From assembly GCA_030704615.1 (NCBI GenBank), contig CM060733.1, positions 32,612,001 through 32,676,000 on the forward strand: DNA of 64,000 nt. The letters run 5' to 3'. Below the pieces are notes generated by a model that saw only the letters and a list, made by a program, of their open reading frames with translations, made no database searches and was not told the origin of the DNA. Below are positions 27,060 to 39,540 of this stretch, one piece after another (within the stretch, counting starts at the first letter, position 1; every line of letters begins with the position of its first letter). Position numbers and translations under genes: made by a program. Source of the DNA: Takakia lepidozioides. Its lineage: Eukaryota > Plantae > Bryophyta.

Positions 27060-27340
27060 CCAGCCACCGAGATCAGCAGCGCGCTTGTTCCACAACACAC
27101 AACGCATGTTACAATCAACAGCAAACGCAGGAACCGGCAGCTCATCGACATAGACAAACGCATCAGTGCCGAGGGCTTTCTCCCCCGTAACTGGAATGGG
27201 CCGGGGACCCGCAAGCTCCAGCACAAAGTCCAGTGCTTCCCGCTGGTAATCCTCCTCAGTGAGTTTATCGTTAGCCACCAAGGCCTCAAACAGACTGTGA
27301 GTGACCCCTCGCCTGTACATGGCGTCCATAAACATGTCTT
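27060..27340 (-). pseudogene. PAS-domain gene fragment
   Basis: VDELPVPAFAVDCNMRCVLWNKRAADLGGW fits the PAS N-terminal consensus. Confidence 0.55.
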
Positions 27341-27422
27341 TCCTCCCCCTCTCTTGGTGCGCAAGCCTGCAAGCAATCACGGAATGTTGACACCACTCTC
27401 TCTCACAGCAAGACACTATTGA

Positions 27423-28151
27423 GTGCCACAGTTCCCTCCCTCTCTCTCTCTCACTCTCGGTATGCAGAAGACTGGAGCAAGGTGTGCTGTCACTAGAAAG
27501 TCACTAGTAACCAAGAGCTGTGGGGGATGCATTTGTAAACACGAGTCAGGCATTAGCAGTAGACAACAAACTGCTGTAGTTGGCGTTGAGGGCCTCAATA
27601 TTGCCTTGGACAGTCAGAACTCTGTTGGAGCCAGCAGTTCTGCAGCTGTAGGTGAAATCCCAAAGTGGGTGGAAGCTAGGCTTGGAACACAACCAAAGAC
27701 AGCCCCGGGGACCAAGGTGTTCAGCCACAAGGCCGTGGTGTATTGGAGTAGAGAAGCAGGAGCTACACAAGTTTGTGCAATCGGACAGCGTTGCAGCCGG
27801 ACACGCTCTGCACAAGGCAACCATGAGCGGGGGTTCATTAGCGAGGACAAGTTTGTTCTATTTGAAGGAGATGCAGTCATTCGCAATGAGGACACCCGCA
27901 ACCGTCTCAAAGCTTTCGAGTTGAGAGACTATCAGACCCTACCTTTGTTTTCTTTAGTGTTCAGTGAGCGGGAGATAGCAGAGTGTTGCTTTGTCTCTAC
28001 CTGGCAGAAAGAGGAGGAGGGTTGGTTAGAGCGAGCTACTGTAGCTTGGGACAAGGTTAGTGGCAGGTTTCTGGACATAGATATACCTCCTACACCTTAC
28101 CATCATGCAGAGCGAGGCACTTTGAGAGAAGTCTGGCAGTTGATAGCATAG
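27423..28151 (+). CDS. Uninterrupted 242-codon ORF of unknown function next to the Gypsy LTR-like sequence
   Basis: Open frame with globular composition in its C-terminal ~170 aa. No recognisable motif. Confidence 0.3.
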   Translation: MPQFPPSLSLTLGMQKTGARCAVTRKSLVTKSCGGCICKHESGISSRQQTAVVGVEGLNIALDSQNSVGASSSAAVGEIPKWVEARLGTQPKTAPGTKVFSHKAVVYWSREAGATQVCAIGQRCSRTRSAQGNHERGFISEDKFVLFEGDAVIRNEDTRNRLKAFELRDYQTLPLFSLVFSEREIAECCFVSTWQKEEEGWLERATVAWDKVSGRFLDIDIPPTPYHHAERGTLREVWQLIA

Positions 28152-28154
28152 ATC

Positions 28155-31100
28155 AGGATTAGATCTTGCTTGGTCGGGCTTCTATTCTTCCCCTCCATCT
28201 CTGTACTATTTTCATTACCTTGTACTTGTAGTTTCCAAAGCCTCTCTTGGTGGAGGCCAGTCAGTCCGGGGTTTTGGGCTGGGATATTCTGTAGGATTAG
28301 CATTGCAGCTGGATTTTGGTGTGGGGGTGTTGATGTTTTGATTTCTTGTGTTTGGATCCCCCCCCCAACACCTGCATGCTTGACTGTGCGCCATGTTGGT
28401 TTTGTGTGGGCGCTTGCTTTCATAGGGATTAGGCCGGATTTGATCACCGGTCAATCCTAGAGTATGCTGTCGGTGGTGAGGCTGGAGTGATGACCAGCAA
28501 GACCACCAGTGTTTCTTCTATGGTGAGGCTGGGTTGATGACCAGCCAACCATAGGAGTTCTTGCGGTGGATGCAGGTGCAGGTGCCCTGAGCCATTGGGA
28601 TATGACCCTTAGACTGCAACAGGTGCCCACCCGTGTCACTATTAGATTAGTACTAGAGCCTTATAGTGTCACGTGGAGGAGGTGCACATTGTGAGTGTCA
28701 TCACGGAGTTACCCAAGGGTTTTGAGGGGAGTACGGCTAAAGGCAGTAACAGTGAGAGTGGGTTCACAAGACGAGGTATTCGGTTCAGACCACCTTCACC
28801 GCCACCCTCAACTACTGTAGAGTCAGATACAGACTCAGAGGCTTCATCAACAGGTGTGCAGTTTCATTCGCCATTGTTGTGGGACGACATGGAGGAGATG
28901 TATGGAGCTACCAAGGGGCCTCGTAGGTACTCTGGAGTTGTGGGCACAATCGAGTTGGATGACTTTATCCAGGAGTTCGACAGCTGGTGTGATTTGCAGC
29001 AGATGCGCAATCCACAGCTATTCACCCCATTCATGGCGTGGAAGGGACTGTTCCAGCATTTGGAAGGCCCGCCTATGGACGATTACCACGAGTTCAGGCA
29101 AGGACATGAAGCAGAAATTGAGGAGTGGAGGATATATTGGTCACCCAACTACGTCTCCATTACTCGAGGCACGACGCGACCAATAGCTGCATCAGTACCA
29201 ATATCTCCCACTGCCAGCACTAGTAGTGGAGCAAGTAGTGCCGGTACTTCTGCAGGTGGTACCAGTTCAAAAGGTGCTACTACTCCTCCTGCCACGACTA
29301 CAACACATGTGCCTAGATTCAACCCGGTGGTGGAGTTCTTCGAGGAATTGCGGAGGAATTACCAAGGTGTACGAACAGAGAAGATGCGAAGTTTGCAAGA
29401 CTTCCAGCGCAAACCCAGTGAGAGCCTGCGAGAGGCGTACACTCGTATGAGGCGCTTGATAAGTGTGACCCAAGGGGTTACTGAAGCTCAGGCAATCCAG
29501 TTTTGGTATGGAATTCTGGACAAGGAGCTCAAGAGAAGGGTGCGAGATGCAACCCTGTTACAAGCAGCCCAACCCACATTAGCAGATGTGTTTCTGCTGG
29601 CTGAGCGGATTGAGCTCAACATGGTGGAGGAGCGAGTTGTTACCATTGCATTTGGCAAGGACATGCCTGCACGAGGCGCAGCTGCCAGCCCACAGGCACA
29701 AGGTACTGCCCAACAGCATGGTCAGGGGGGCAAGGTTGCCCAGCCCAAGTTCCATGGAGCTTACAAGGGACCTCAGGTGCAGAGGCCCGTGGCATCTTTT
29801 GCAGGCCAACAGCAACCAGGGGTGATATGTTGGACATGTGGAGGACCCCATGTCAAAAGAGATTGCCCAGAGAGTGGCAGAAGGCCGGCACAAGTACAGC
29901 CTGCACAGTTGCAGTGTGGGCATTGTGGCAAGTATGGGCATGGAGATGCCCAGTGTTATGACTTGCATCCTGAGTTGCGCCCAGGCCAGTTCCAAGGGAA
30001 CAATGGTGGCCGGGGGCGAGGTGGACCAGCCCAGAGAGGACGAGGTGGTCGGGCACGAGGTGCAGGCCAAGGGCAAGCTCAACATGGCCAAGGACGCGGA
30101 GGTCAGGGTGTTGACCAAGGCATGGCCAACCGGCTTCAGCAGCTAGAGCAGAGGCTCGCTGCCATGGCTACAGCTCAGGCGGTACCGGCTCCCACGCGGG
30201 ATGGTCCACCTCCTGTTCCTGAGGGAGGAGATATGGGAGGCATGGGATTCATGTGCGGAGCAGCACTACCACTAGAGCAGGTGGAGTCTGCTGCAGCCGT
30301 GACTCGAGGAGCATCACGAGTTCCTGAGCCACGGATCCACAGCGTGGGGAGGCAAGCCGTCAAGCGAGGCTTCCTCAATCATTTACATTGGCGGAGATAG
30401 TATCGACGCCATCCATGGCACCTAGTTCTCGCCCGACTGTTACCGAGGCGGAGGTTACTATGCCATTGGGGAGAGCTACACGTGCAGCACTGACACCTGC
30501 TACCAAAGCTAGTGCAGCCGGTGTGTTGTTGGGGGCAGCCACCTCTGTGTGCCAAGCCCCACTGTTCTCAGCAACCATGATTGCGACGTCGGGGGTAAGA
30601 CCAGCTGCAGTGTTCAGACTAGCAGCAACACTCTGTGAGAGTGGGGAGGTCACTTCATCTTCTGCGGAGTTAGTGGAAGGTGTAGTGGCAGAGGAATCCT
30701 CGGATTTGAGGGTCAAGACTGCCACAGCTGCGCCCTGGCAAGCTGCAGCTGCCAGGTTGACGGAGCTGCCAGCTAGGCCAGCCTTTGAGCGTGCCATGGT
30801 GACACCTGGAGTTCTCTTGTTAGACAACCAGGATGGCATTTTCTCTTTGAGTGGACCGGCAGGCAAGAAGTACCGGCCACTGCGGGTCTTGTTGGACTCG
30901 GGAGCTCAGCCACTGATGTTGGGCAGAGCTGCTATTGCAGGTTTGGGCCTCATGGAGGCGGATATGGAGCCTTGTCCTTTCCAGATACAGACATCTCTGG
31001 GAGGATCAGAGCAGGCTCGGGGCATGACACGGCATCAGTTGGCCATTAGACTGCAGCCGGATCATCCTATCGATGGCTCAGTAATGCGAGCCAAGGCCAT

Positions 31101-31548
31101 TGTGACAGACGCGGTCTCTTACGATGTCCTCGTTGGTGGGGCAGTGTTATATCCCATGGGCTTCACCCTGGACTTTTGGGAGGAGTCAGCATTCTACAGG
31201 CCTGGATGGCAGTCAGAGGATGGTCGTCGTGCACAGCTCCCTGTGACATTCATTGGGGGTATTGCGGCTGCCCAACGGGGCAAGATGCTAATACTAGCCG
31301 CCTTTACAGCTGCAGTTAGTTGGCCTGGAGAGTTGCTGGAAGGCAATGCCCATGCAGAGGATATGCCACCTCCAGCAGAGCAGGATGACATGCATGGTAT
31401 GGCGGAGTTGCCTGCCATGGTTGCTCACACTCCATTGTGGGGTACGAGCAAGGATTTGCAGCAGGTTGCTGATCGACGGGTGCAACAAGCCTGGGTAGAG
31501 GCTTTTGTACCGCAAGAGAGGAGGCATTGGCAGCTGGTGCAAAACTAG
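28155..31548 (+). mobile_element. Ty3/Gypsy retrotransposon 5' part: LTR-like sequence, gag with two Zn knuckles, aspartic protease; truncated by CACTA sequence
   Basis: Gag-like FQRKPSESLREAYTRMRRL. Knuckles CWTCGGPHVKRDC and CGHCGKYGHGDAQC. Protease VLLDSGA ... DVLVG. Confidence 0.88.
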
Positions 31549-31549
31549 A

Positions 31550-34500
31550 GACAATGCACTGTGCGTAGCATGCAAAGAGGGAAGGGGTGATGTTCAAAAC
31601 ATGTACAGTGCAGGTGGCGACCGGATGCGTAGGCGTAGAATAGATGACCGTCTATGGCGAATGGAAGAAGCTTATGCCACAAGGAATGGGCATACAAAAA
31701 TGCTATGCAACTGCGATGAGTGTCATGGAGGAAAAGTACTATTGTTGGAAACAGTGAAGAATCATTATATGATACACGGGAGGGATCCTCTTCTCCAACG
31801 CTGTTCTCTTCCGGTAACATCGTCACTTTCCCTTCAGCAATTTAGTTTGAATTTTGAATGCAACGATCCTCTTCTCCACATGTCGACATTTCGTTGGGTG
31901 ATTGTAGTCAAGAAGTCATAAGATACAGACGTGACTATGACTACGCCACTTCCGTTATCACTTTAATTAATGCACATGTCGTGTTTTCATTGGTCTAGTG
32001 TAGTCATGTAGTCATATATGACTAAGTAAGTGACTGCAACTATGACTTCAATGGCTACAAATGTCGTGTTTTTATTGGGTGTATATTCATAAGATACATA
32101 CGTAAATATGACTGCATCACTGCAACGTCACCGTGCCTCCTATGTCATAATATGAACAAGTGTCACATCGTTGTTGGTCCACTCACAAGATGACTATTGG
32201 GATGCAGGGATGTGAATATTCAGATGATGAAGACGAAGGCCCTGCGGCACAGCGGGAGCCCAATGTCACAGAGAACGCAGATGAGAGTGGTGGATTGGAG
32301 GTAGAAATGCAGCGTGCATTGCAGGAAGCGTTTCTCTTTGCAGATGCAAACAGAGAGGACCCCATTCATGGTGGAACCGATCACACATTTGCCGATCATG
32401 ACGATAATCTCGACGATTCCAGGGACAATGAATTTGATGAGAATGATCACTTGCACGTTGATCCCGAGTATGATAAACTCTTCCGACAGTTGCAATGTCC
32501 ACTTTTTGAAGGGTGCTCCATCAGCCGGCTGCAAGCAACTTTGACGTTGCTGAATGCATGCACTACCCACAAGTGCACCAATGCATTTGTGGATGAGCTT
32601 CTGGGATTGTTGCGTAAGAGTTTTTTTGCCTAAAGAGAATTCATTGCCGAAAACTCACTATGAAGCAAAAACCATGATTGCCAAGATGGGATTGCAGTAC
32701 ACCATGATTCATGCCTGTGAGCATGGTTGCAATTGGCTTTGGACCAACCCGTGCTGGTACCATTGCCATGGGTTCTGCCTGCAATGTTTTCTTGCCATGG
32801 ATTCGGCACACGCCACGAAAGGCCATCCAGACCATCTCTGGAAATGCTCCAATGTTGTTTCAAACATCTCCACATTGCAATGGATACAACACTGACATTA
32901 GATGAGTGAAAGTGAGACTAGACCTCCAGCCAGCCGGCTTTCCCACATCAAATTGAAGGGGATCTGTAGATTATAGATAACGGCTGTTGCCTTCTCAATG
33001 TCTTTTCCAATCACCTCTGCAATGAACTGGGGTATAAGATCCTTCAAATCACAAGTTTGAGCATCACGCACAAGCCACTTACGGGGATAGAGTTTCCAAT
33101 GCGAACCATTGGTCTTTTATTGATAGCATTGTTGTAAAATACATGGACCAACATGGTCAATTTCGGGAATAACATATAGTACGCTTTCATGTACTATGTA
33201 AGCATGCAACTATGTACCAGTGACGTCGCTTGTTCGCCACTTAACCTGTTTGCCCATTCAGCCATCTCCACATTGTCATGGATTTTGCATGCTGGATTGT
33301 GAGGCCATCCACACCGTCCTCTGGAAATGCTATCATGGGGTTTCAGCTATGTCCACATTTCCCTGGATTATGCCTGCACGAAGCAAGGCCAACTGCATTC
33401 AGCACCCTCCACTTTATTATAGTATTGTAGCAACATTCAAAGCACTTCAATTTGTATCCATCGAAAACATCTAGGCTGGAAAAAGACATTGTTGCAGCAG
33501 AACTTAGGAAAGTACTTCTCCCCTTCCACTACACACGTGAAATGAAAGAAGCCAACCAACAGCATACCAGCCAAGAAAATATGAAACCAGCCAAGAAAAG
33601 AGCCAATATATGCAGTGAAGGTCGACACTAAATGAAACTTATCCAATACTTACATTAGAGGAGGGAAGCTAAGTCTTACCTCCATAAGCTTGCCCACATC
33701 AAATTTGGGAGCTTTCAGAATTTTTCCTTTCCGGTTGAATGAACTTGGCTACAAGATCCTTCAAATCACAAGTTTGAGCTTCACACACAATGAACTTACA
33801 GGGATTGAGCTTCCAATGCGAACCAGAAGTCTTATATTGATAGCATTGTTGTAAAACACATGGACCAACAATGACAGTCTCTGGAATGACATATAGTACA
33901 GCATGCCGCTTCCAGTTGACCATCTACCCATGTAGGTTTCTTGTAACTATCCTTCCACAGGGAATCATAGGTAATGTGGAGCTTGAAATCCAGCCCTCTT
34001 GGATGAATCTGGACCCACACTCTATCCCTGCTCCTTCAACTATCCATGCCTGTGACAACCTACAATTCTACCAGCAAACACCCCAACCATACTGGTGTGG
34101 AGTTCTTCCCCAAAACACCCCAACCTACTTATCACAATCTGAAATGCATCTGCTTCTCTCTGTAGTCCAACAGGCATTCGCCTTTTTGTCTCCATTGTCC
34201 ACCATTGGGGTCGGAAAGTGTTCACCCCAAAGCTTCTCCTCATCTCTATTATATGTTTTTGGATACTTCCCTGCTGCCACATTGCAGTAACTTGCCAAAG
34301 TCACTCCAAACCACCACAGATCTACCCAACGACCTAACTTACAGAATTCAATATGCATCTTGCGGCCGAGTCTGATGAGAGGGCAACACAGGCTGAAATA
34401 GGTTGAAGAAGAAGGTGCCCTACCACATTGTCCTTGACCTGTCCTGACCCATGGAGGATTTGACCGATGACCTCTTGTGTGTGCTGCTTGTGTCTGTAGT

Positions 34501-35186
34501 CAGGTAATGTCGGATTGGTCTGTGAGATTGAACCACTACGGCGTAGCTGAGTAGTCAGAGATTGAAACACGCGTGCTAAGACCAAGCTGACTCTCCCAAG
34601 AACGGCGAGCTCGCTTCTCCTCGTCTCGTCTCCTCCTCATCATTCTCCTTCGTGCATCATTTGCTCAACGCCTCCATCCCACGCCCCTGCATATCCTGCT
34701 ATCATCGCGTTCCATCCCTCAGCTATGTGGTGTGGCGCAGGAAACAAAAAAACGCCAAGTCCCAGCCCTCCTTTCTGTTCACGATTACACTAATGGGCAA
34801 CCTTATTAGCAATTTTTTAATTTTTTTAAACCTAATGGGCAATCTTATTTGCATTATATGTGCCTTCAAAATGACACGTGTAGTGATGTAGTCGTATAAA
34901 TAGAGCTCTGAAACCATCTTCAGTCATGGAGTCATAAGATTCCATGAAACGTCGTCCACGTGTAGTCAAACATATCACACTAGTCATATAAACCATCCCT
35001 GTCATCATGGTCAACAATGTTTGACCAATGCTCCCTAACTTTCCGGAGTCATGTAGTGATATCCATTACTACAAAGTCATAAAACTAAAACTGTAATGCA
35101 TTTCAGCGCTCTGTAGTCATCTACCTAATGCAGTTTTTATGACTCCGCCAAAGCCGTAGTCCTAAAAACGCTCATCTCTTGTAGTG
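31550..35186 (+). mobile_element. Defective CACTA/EnSpm element: transposase N-terminus, captured fragments, right terminus
   Basis: MLCNCDECHGG...VKNHYMIHG. PLFEGCSISRL...LPKENSLPKTHYEAK...YTMIHACEHGC. GTAGTCAT-type subterminal repeats. End CTTGTAGTG (reverse complement CACTACAAG) at 35178-35186. Confidence 0.8.
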
Positions 35187-35251
35187 TCATTTGCCCGCCA
35201 AATGCACCTTTTATCCTGGCACCTTCCACGAAACAATCCGCGAATCAGAGA

Positions 35252-38200
35252 GTGTGTACCTCAAAGAGAGAAGTCCGCAACGAAGGAAATCCAGAGCCGA
35301 ACCCATCAATGAAGACAAGCGAGAACCGGGTTGTTCACAATCTGTCCGACTCCGACGAGGTCATGGAAGTTCCGAGATCGTCCTGGAGATCAGGCAAGTC
35401 CTCAATGGACGTCAGTGGACGAGGGAGTCATATTCCCAGCACGAGCACCGCAGTTCGATCCATTCTTGAAATTTTGCAAGGGCTTCACATGGAGGGACAC
35501 TGCTCGGAGCTGGCCGGGCTGGACTACAGCAAGTTCGCAATTAAATCGGTTACATGCCTTCCCGCAGACGTCGACGGTAATATCTTCTTTGAGTTCCCTC
35601 CTCGGACGGACTACTCGAGGGCGTCCGGAATGTTGACAGATATGGATAGAAAACATGACGGTCATCCTTGGTGCGTCACCAAAACCACCAGCATGAAGAT
35701 GCTCGATGGTATGCGGGTGCGCTACATTGTTTGTGCGGGCGCGTTGCGGTGTTTCTCCCCAACTTGCTTCCACTTTAAATCCAGAGGTCACAGGAACGAG
35801 ACCGATTGGACAGGCACAACTCATCAACCATTTCGAGCTCAGGAGAAGGTTTCGAACTCCACATTTAAGTGTGCGCATTGCAAAGAACCACCACACTGCA
35901 TGTCTGTTTGTAATGCCAAGCAGTTCTATGTGTTGCACCGTTTCCCTGACCTCATCCGAGCTTGCATACACGTTGGTTCCCATTGTCACAAATTGGCGAG
36001 GGGGAACTCGCGGGAGGCTGCTCACGAGGCAGAGCAGCTCGTTCAAAAGGAGGTTAAGTTGAGACCGGGTGCCAAACCCAAACAGATACAGCTCCAAGCC
36101 GCCCATAAGATGGCATTGGCAAGAATTATGTCGGAAGACGGCTCCGATAGAGTTCCTCTCGATGACAAGGAAATGGAGGCATTGCTGGAGTCGGTGTCCC
36201 ACGTCTGTTCACCGAATGTCCGAAACCACATTGTCTCAGGTAAACAAAAAATTGGGCGTGGCTCGGATATGCACTCCATTCTGGAGATGAAGCGACGATG
36301 TGGATATGACTACATTCATGGAAGTAGGTTTCCATGACAAGGGTCTGAGGCAGATCGTTGTTTCGTATTCAAAATGTCCACGTGTGGACCTGGCAGCGGC
36401 GTCGAACTGGTCGACAGGATGACGAGTGGGGACTTGTCAAACATTTGGGTCATGTTCGACCATATCAAGCGAATTACAAATCACTAGTAGATGACAATGG
36501 GTGCACATGTCTACGACACCCGCTGTAGGATGCTAATGACAATTGTTTTTGTGAGATGAAAGGAGAGGACACACAATCGGAGATGCTTCTTTGGCAGGGA
36601 ATAAACGAACAGATGGCCAAGGCGGGATTGTCCCCTCCCAATTTCCGTGGTTTCATGGCGGACAACGCACAAGCAAATTGGGCTGCCATCCGAAGGGTGT
36701 ACGGGCAAGACCCCAATGTTCTCATGGAAGGCAAGGAGAGATCTTGTGGGTTCCATTTTTTGCAGAGCCTTTCGCAGTACACAACCAGGCTCGTGGCGCC
36801 AGATTTCAGAGAGGAGCACCGTTCCATGTGTCTTGCGTGGAAGCGCGCTCCCACCTTGGATGATGCAGAGACACAGTTTGCATGTATACGGGCTTGGTGG
36901 ACATCGTCAGGTGCTGTAAGGAAATCGGACGAGGGAGCAATGGTCAGTTGGCTAGCATGGTGGCATTATCGTTTCCTCCAGTTCGGCGACTATATGTGGG
37001 AGGTGAGTTGCACGAATTCGCGTCCCGTTGAATATTATTCTTGGCATTATTTGTAATTTGCTTGTAACCTCAACATGTGCTTGTGCAGGAAATGTGTCTC
37101 GACTTCGACACCGACATGCCCACGACAAACATGGCCGAATCAGTGCATTCTTCCTGGCGTGCCTCCTCTGCGGCGCATCTGGTGGACATCATCACTGCCA
37201 CAACGGAGGACATTGTGAGGTCAATTATGCAGCAAAGCAGGTACGACGAGTTCTTGAAAGGGAAACAGTGGGGCTTGGGGCCGGACAGGCAGGAAATGCT
37301 GATGCGGACTGCCTCCAGATCGAAGAATCCTCGGAAGTGGGTGGCGGCCTTGCGAGAGGGCCTTTGGGACACGCCATTGCTTCGAAGAGGCCAACATTTG
37401 GAATGAGATGTTCATACCCGTCCAGTGAGACGAAGACTTGACGAGGCACCTGGCGGGGAAGAGGATTCATGGCGAGCTGACAAGAATATTTGCACGCTCC
37501 CTCGTGGTCCTGTGATGTTGCCCGAGGAGGTCTCGTCGAGCACCGCAAATCCTGCACGTTCAAGATCGCCATCTCCTTTGAGCACAGGGCATGTGCCCGG
37601 GCAACATAACGAGCCATCTGTAGTAAAACAGTACAACATTCCCATTATGGAGACAAGAGTGTCGGAGTCACAGTGGAGAATTGCAAGGACATTGCCGGCA
37701 TTTCGAGGGAAGTGTTGCGCCATCCGGATGGATACGAGAGCACGCTGTGGTGAGATGTACCTGCACTTTGTTTCAGCGGCAGATTTTTGACTCCCACATT
37801 TGCTCACGCCACAACGCAAACGTTTTGGTTATGTAGGCACGACATAATGACCTGTGTATTTGGCAAACCCAAGTACAGGATTCAGGGAATGCCGGAGCCT
37901 CCGGGCGTCTGGCCTATTCCACCGGGTTGCAGCCTCTCAAAGGAATGAGGCGGATGCTCTATCTGCAACAAGATTTCGAATGGTGCAACGCACAGACGTC
38001 CCGGCCCACGCATTTCCAGTTCCTCAGACCCAGCCATTGCAGACTGCTCGGTCCAGCAGAGACGGATTGGACAATTCTGCACATCCCACAATGCGATTCG
38101 GAAGAGTGAAGAGACGACACCCTCCCAACAAGTTGAATGAGACTCGGATTGCCAATGCTCTTGGGATGGCTTGCACTATTCAGAGCTCCGTGGACGTACC

Positions 38201-38474
38201 TCCACCCGGCCTTGGGCGTGTTTATCGGATGGCAACGGCCGGCTCGGACGATGTATACACAATTACGATTGGAGTGGAGCCGACTTGCAATTGTACGGAC
38301 TTCTCGTTGATGGAAGCAAAGAAGGGTTCAAAGTATTATCCGTGCAAGCATCTGTATTACATTTACCTGAAGAGGTTGAGGATGAACGTGACTATTGATG
38401 ACTTTATTCATGCACCGGCGTTGAGCGTGAACGAGCTGCACAAATTCCTCCTTAGGGATTCCAGAAATCATTGA
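35252..38474 (+). pseudogene. MULE transposase (GCM-like Zn finger - DDE - SWIM), copy C, disrupted
   Basis: DRKHDGHPW..C..C..C..C..HxGxHxH. VMFDH, FMADNA, CGFHF (CxxH) and TNMAES. SWIM CNCTDF...PCKHLYY. Intron 37003-37088. Confidence 0.85.
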
Positions 38475-38629
38475 TGGGGCAAAGGGAATCCTCCATATGG
38501 ATATTTTCAATTGCATTTTCATGTATCAGACTTTTTTTTGCAGTGTAATGAAATGCACCCCAAAACTCCTGGAATGAGGCAATATTCTATTCAAACTGAG
38601 ATCCAACAGAAGCAGTTGTGGGGCCATTT

Positions 38630-39261
38630 CTGGAAAAATGGCGCCGAATTTCTCTATTTTGGGCCGAAAACTGGCTAAGTCCCAACATGCACTGGTACCC
38701 CTGTGTCTGGAAAAATGGCGCCGAATTTCCCTATTTTGGGCCGAAAACTGGCTAAGTCCGAACATGCACGGGAATGATGTCTGGAAAAATGGCGCCGAAT
38801 TTCCAGTTACATGGCCCAGAACTGCCCAACATCTGTGCAATCCCCGGCACCATGTACCGAAATTCGGTGCCATATTTCCAAATTTTGGGCTTACACACCT
38901 GTCATGAGGGGACCTATAGCCGTGGAATTCGGCACCATTTTTCGCCAGAGAGACCTATTACCGCGAAATACGTCGCAGGTTTTTTCTGGTTACGGACCCT
39001 ATTACCGCGAAATTCGGCGCCATTTTTGCACATGTCGCTGGGAATTGGCATGAGCGGAAGACAAAATATCATGAGCACAACTCTCAAAACTACAATTTTC
39101 CCTTCAAGGTGCCGAATAATATATTTGTTTTTTTCTGACACATTGCATTAAATTAATATTTCTTAATGTTTTTTATTTTCGAAATTTGTACTTCTACTCA
39201 TGAAAACCGATTGTCTTGCTACTCCGCTCATGCCGCTCATGCTCATGGAATAGCTAACCTC
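38630..39261. repeat. Subterminal repeats and right terminus of MULE copy C
   Basis: AAAATGGCGCCGAATT occurs three times direct (~75-bp spacing), then three times inverted. End GCTCATGGAATAGC (39241-39254) is the reverse complement of the 42106 left-end GCTATTCCGTGAGC with one mismatch. Confidence 0.75.
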
Positions 39262-39540
39262 CACCTGGGCGGGGTGGACCCGTTTTGAGCCTCATGCACG
39301 GAATGGACAAGAGACACGATGGACACCCATGGTGCAGAACGAAGACATCCAATATTCAAAATGATGACAAGTTCGTGTTCAGGAGAGCGGTGTGCAATGG
39401 GCACCTAAGGTGCGAGAATTTGAGTTGCAAACATTTCCTGTGGTCAGAGGTTCAGAACCAGAGGAGTGGGAGGGTGTTGCCGAGAATCCTTTCAAGCCCG
39501 GTGAAGCACCTCCAAGCTCCAACACTTTCGTTTGCAAAGT
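39262..39540 (+). pseudogene. Fragment of another MULE transposase copy (GCM-like domain) into which copy C inserted
   Basis: GMDKRHDGHPWCRTKTSNIQND...VCNGHLRCENLSC...EWEGVAENPFKPG. Confidence 0.8.

Noticed and set aside
28640-28662. tRNA-Met primer binding site (TAGTACTAGAGCC)
   Set aside because: Three mismatches to TGGTATCAGAGCC and ~10 nt from the candidate LTR end; too weak to call.
30320-30400. Programmed gag-pro frameshift
   Set aside because: The paralogue at 24573-25016 reads through in one frame (QPRGADVDFDPQRGEASRQ). This copy has a small deletion.
35402-36202. 266-aa antisense ORF and similar shadow ORFs over HSP70, gag and the transposases
   Set aside because: Explained by codon structure of the sense genes; no independent motifs.
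14697-39261. One giant MULE from the left end at 14697 to the right end at 39261
   Set aside because: The flanks do not form a TSD (CAACAGGTT versus CACCTGGGC) and the targets differ (LTR versus transposase), so these are separate copies.
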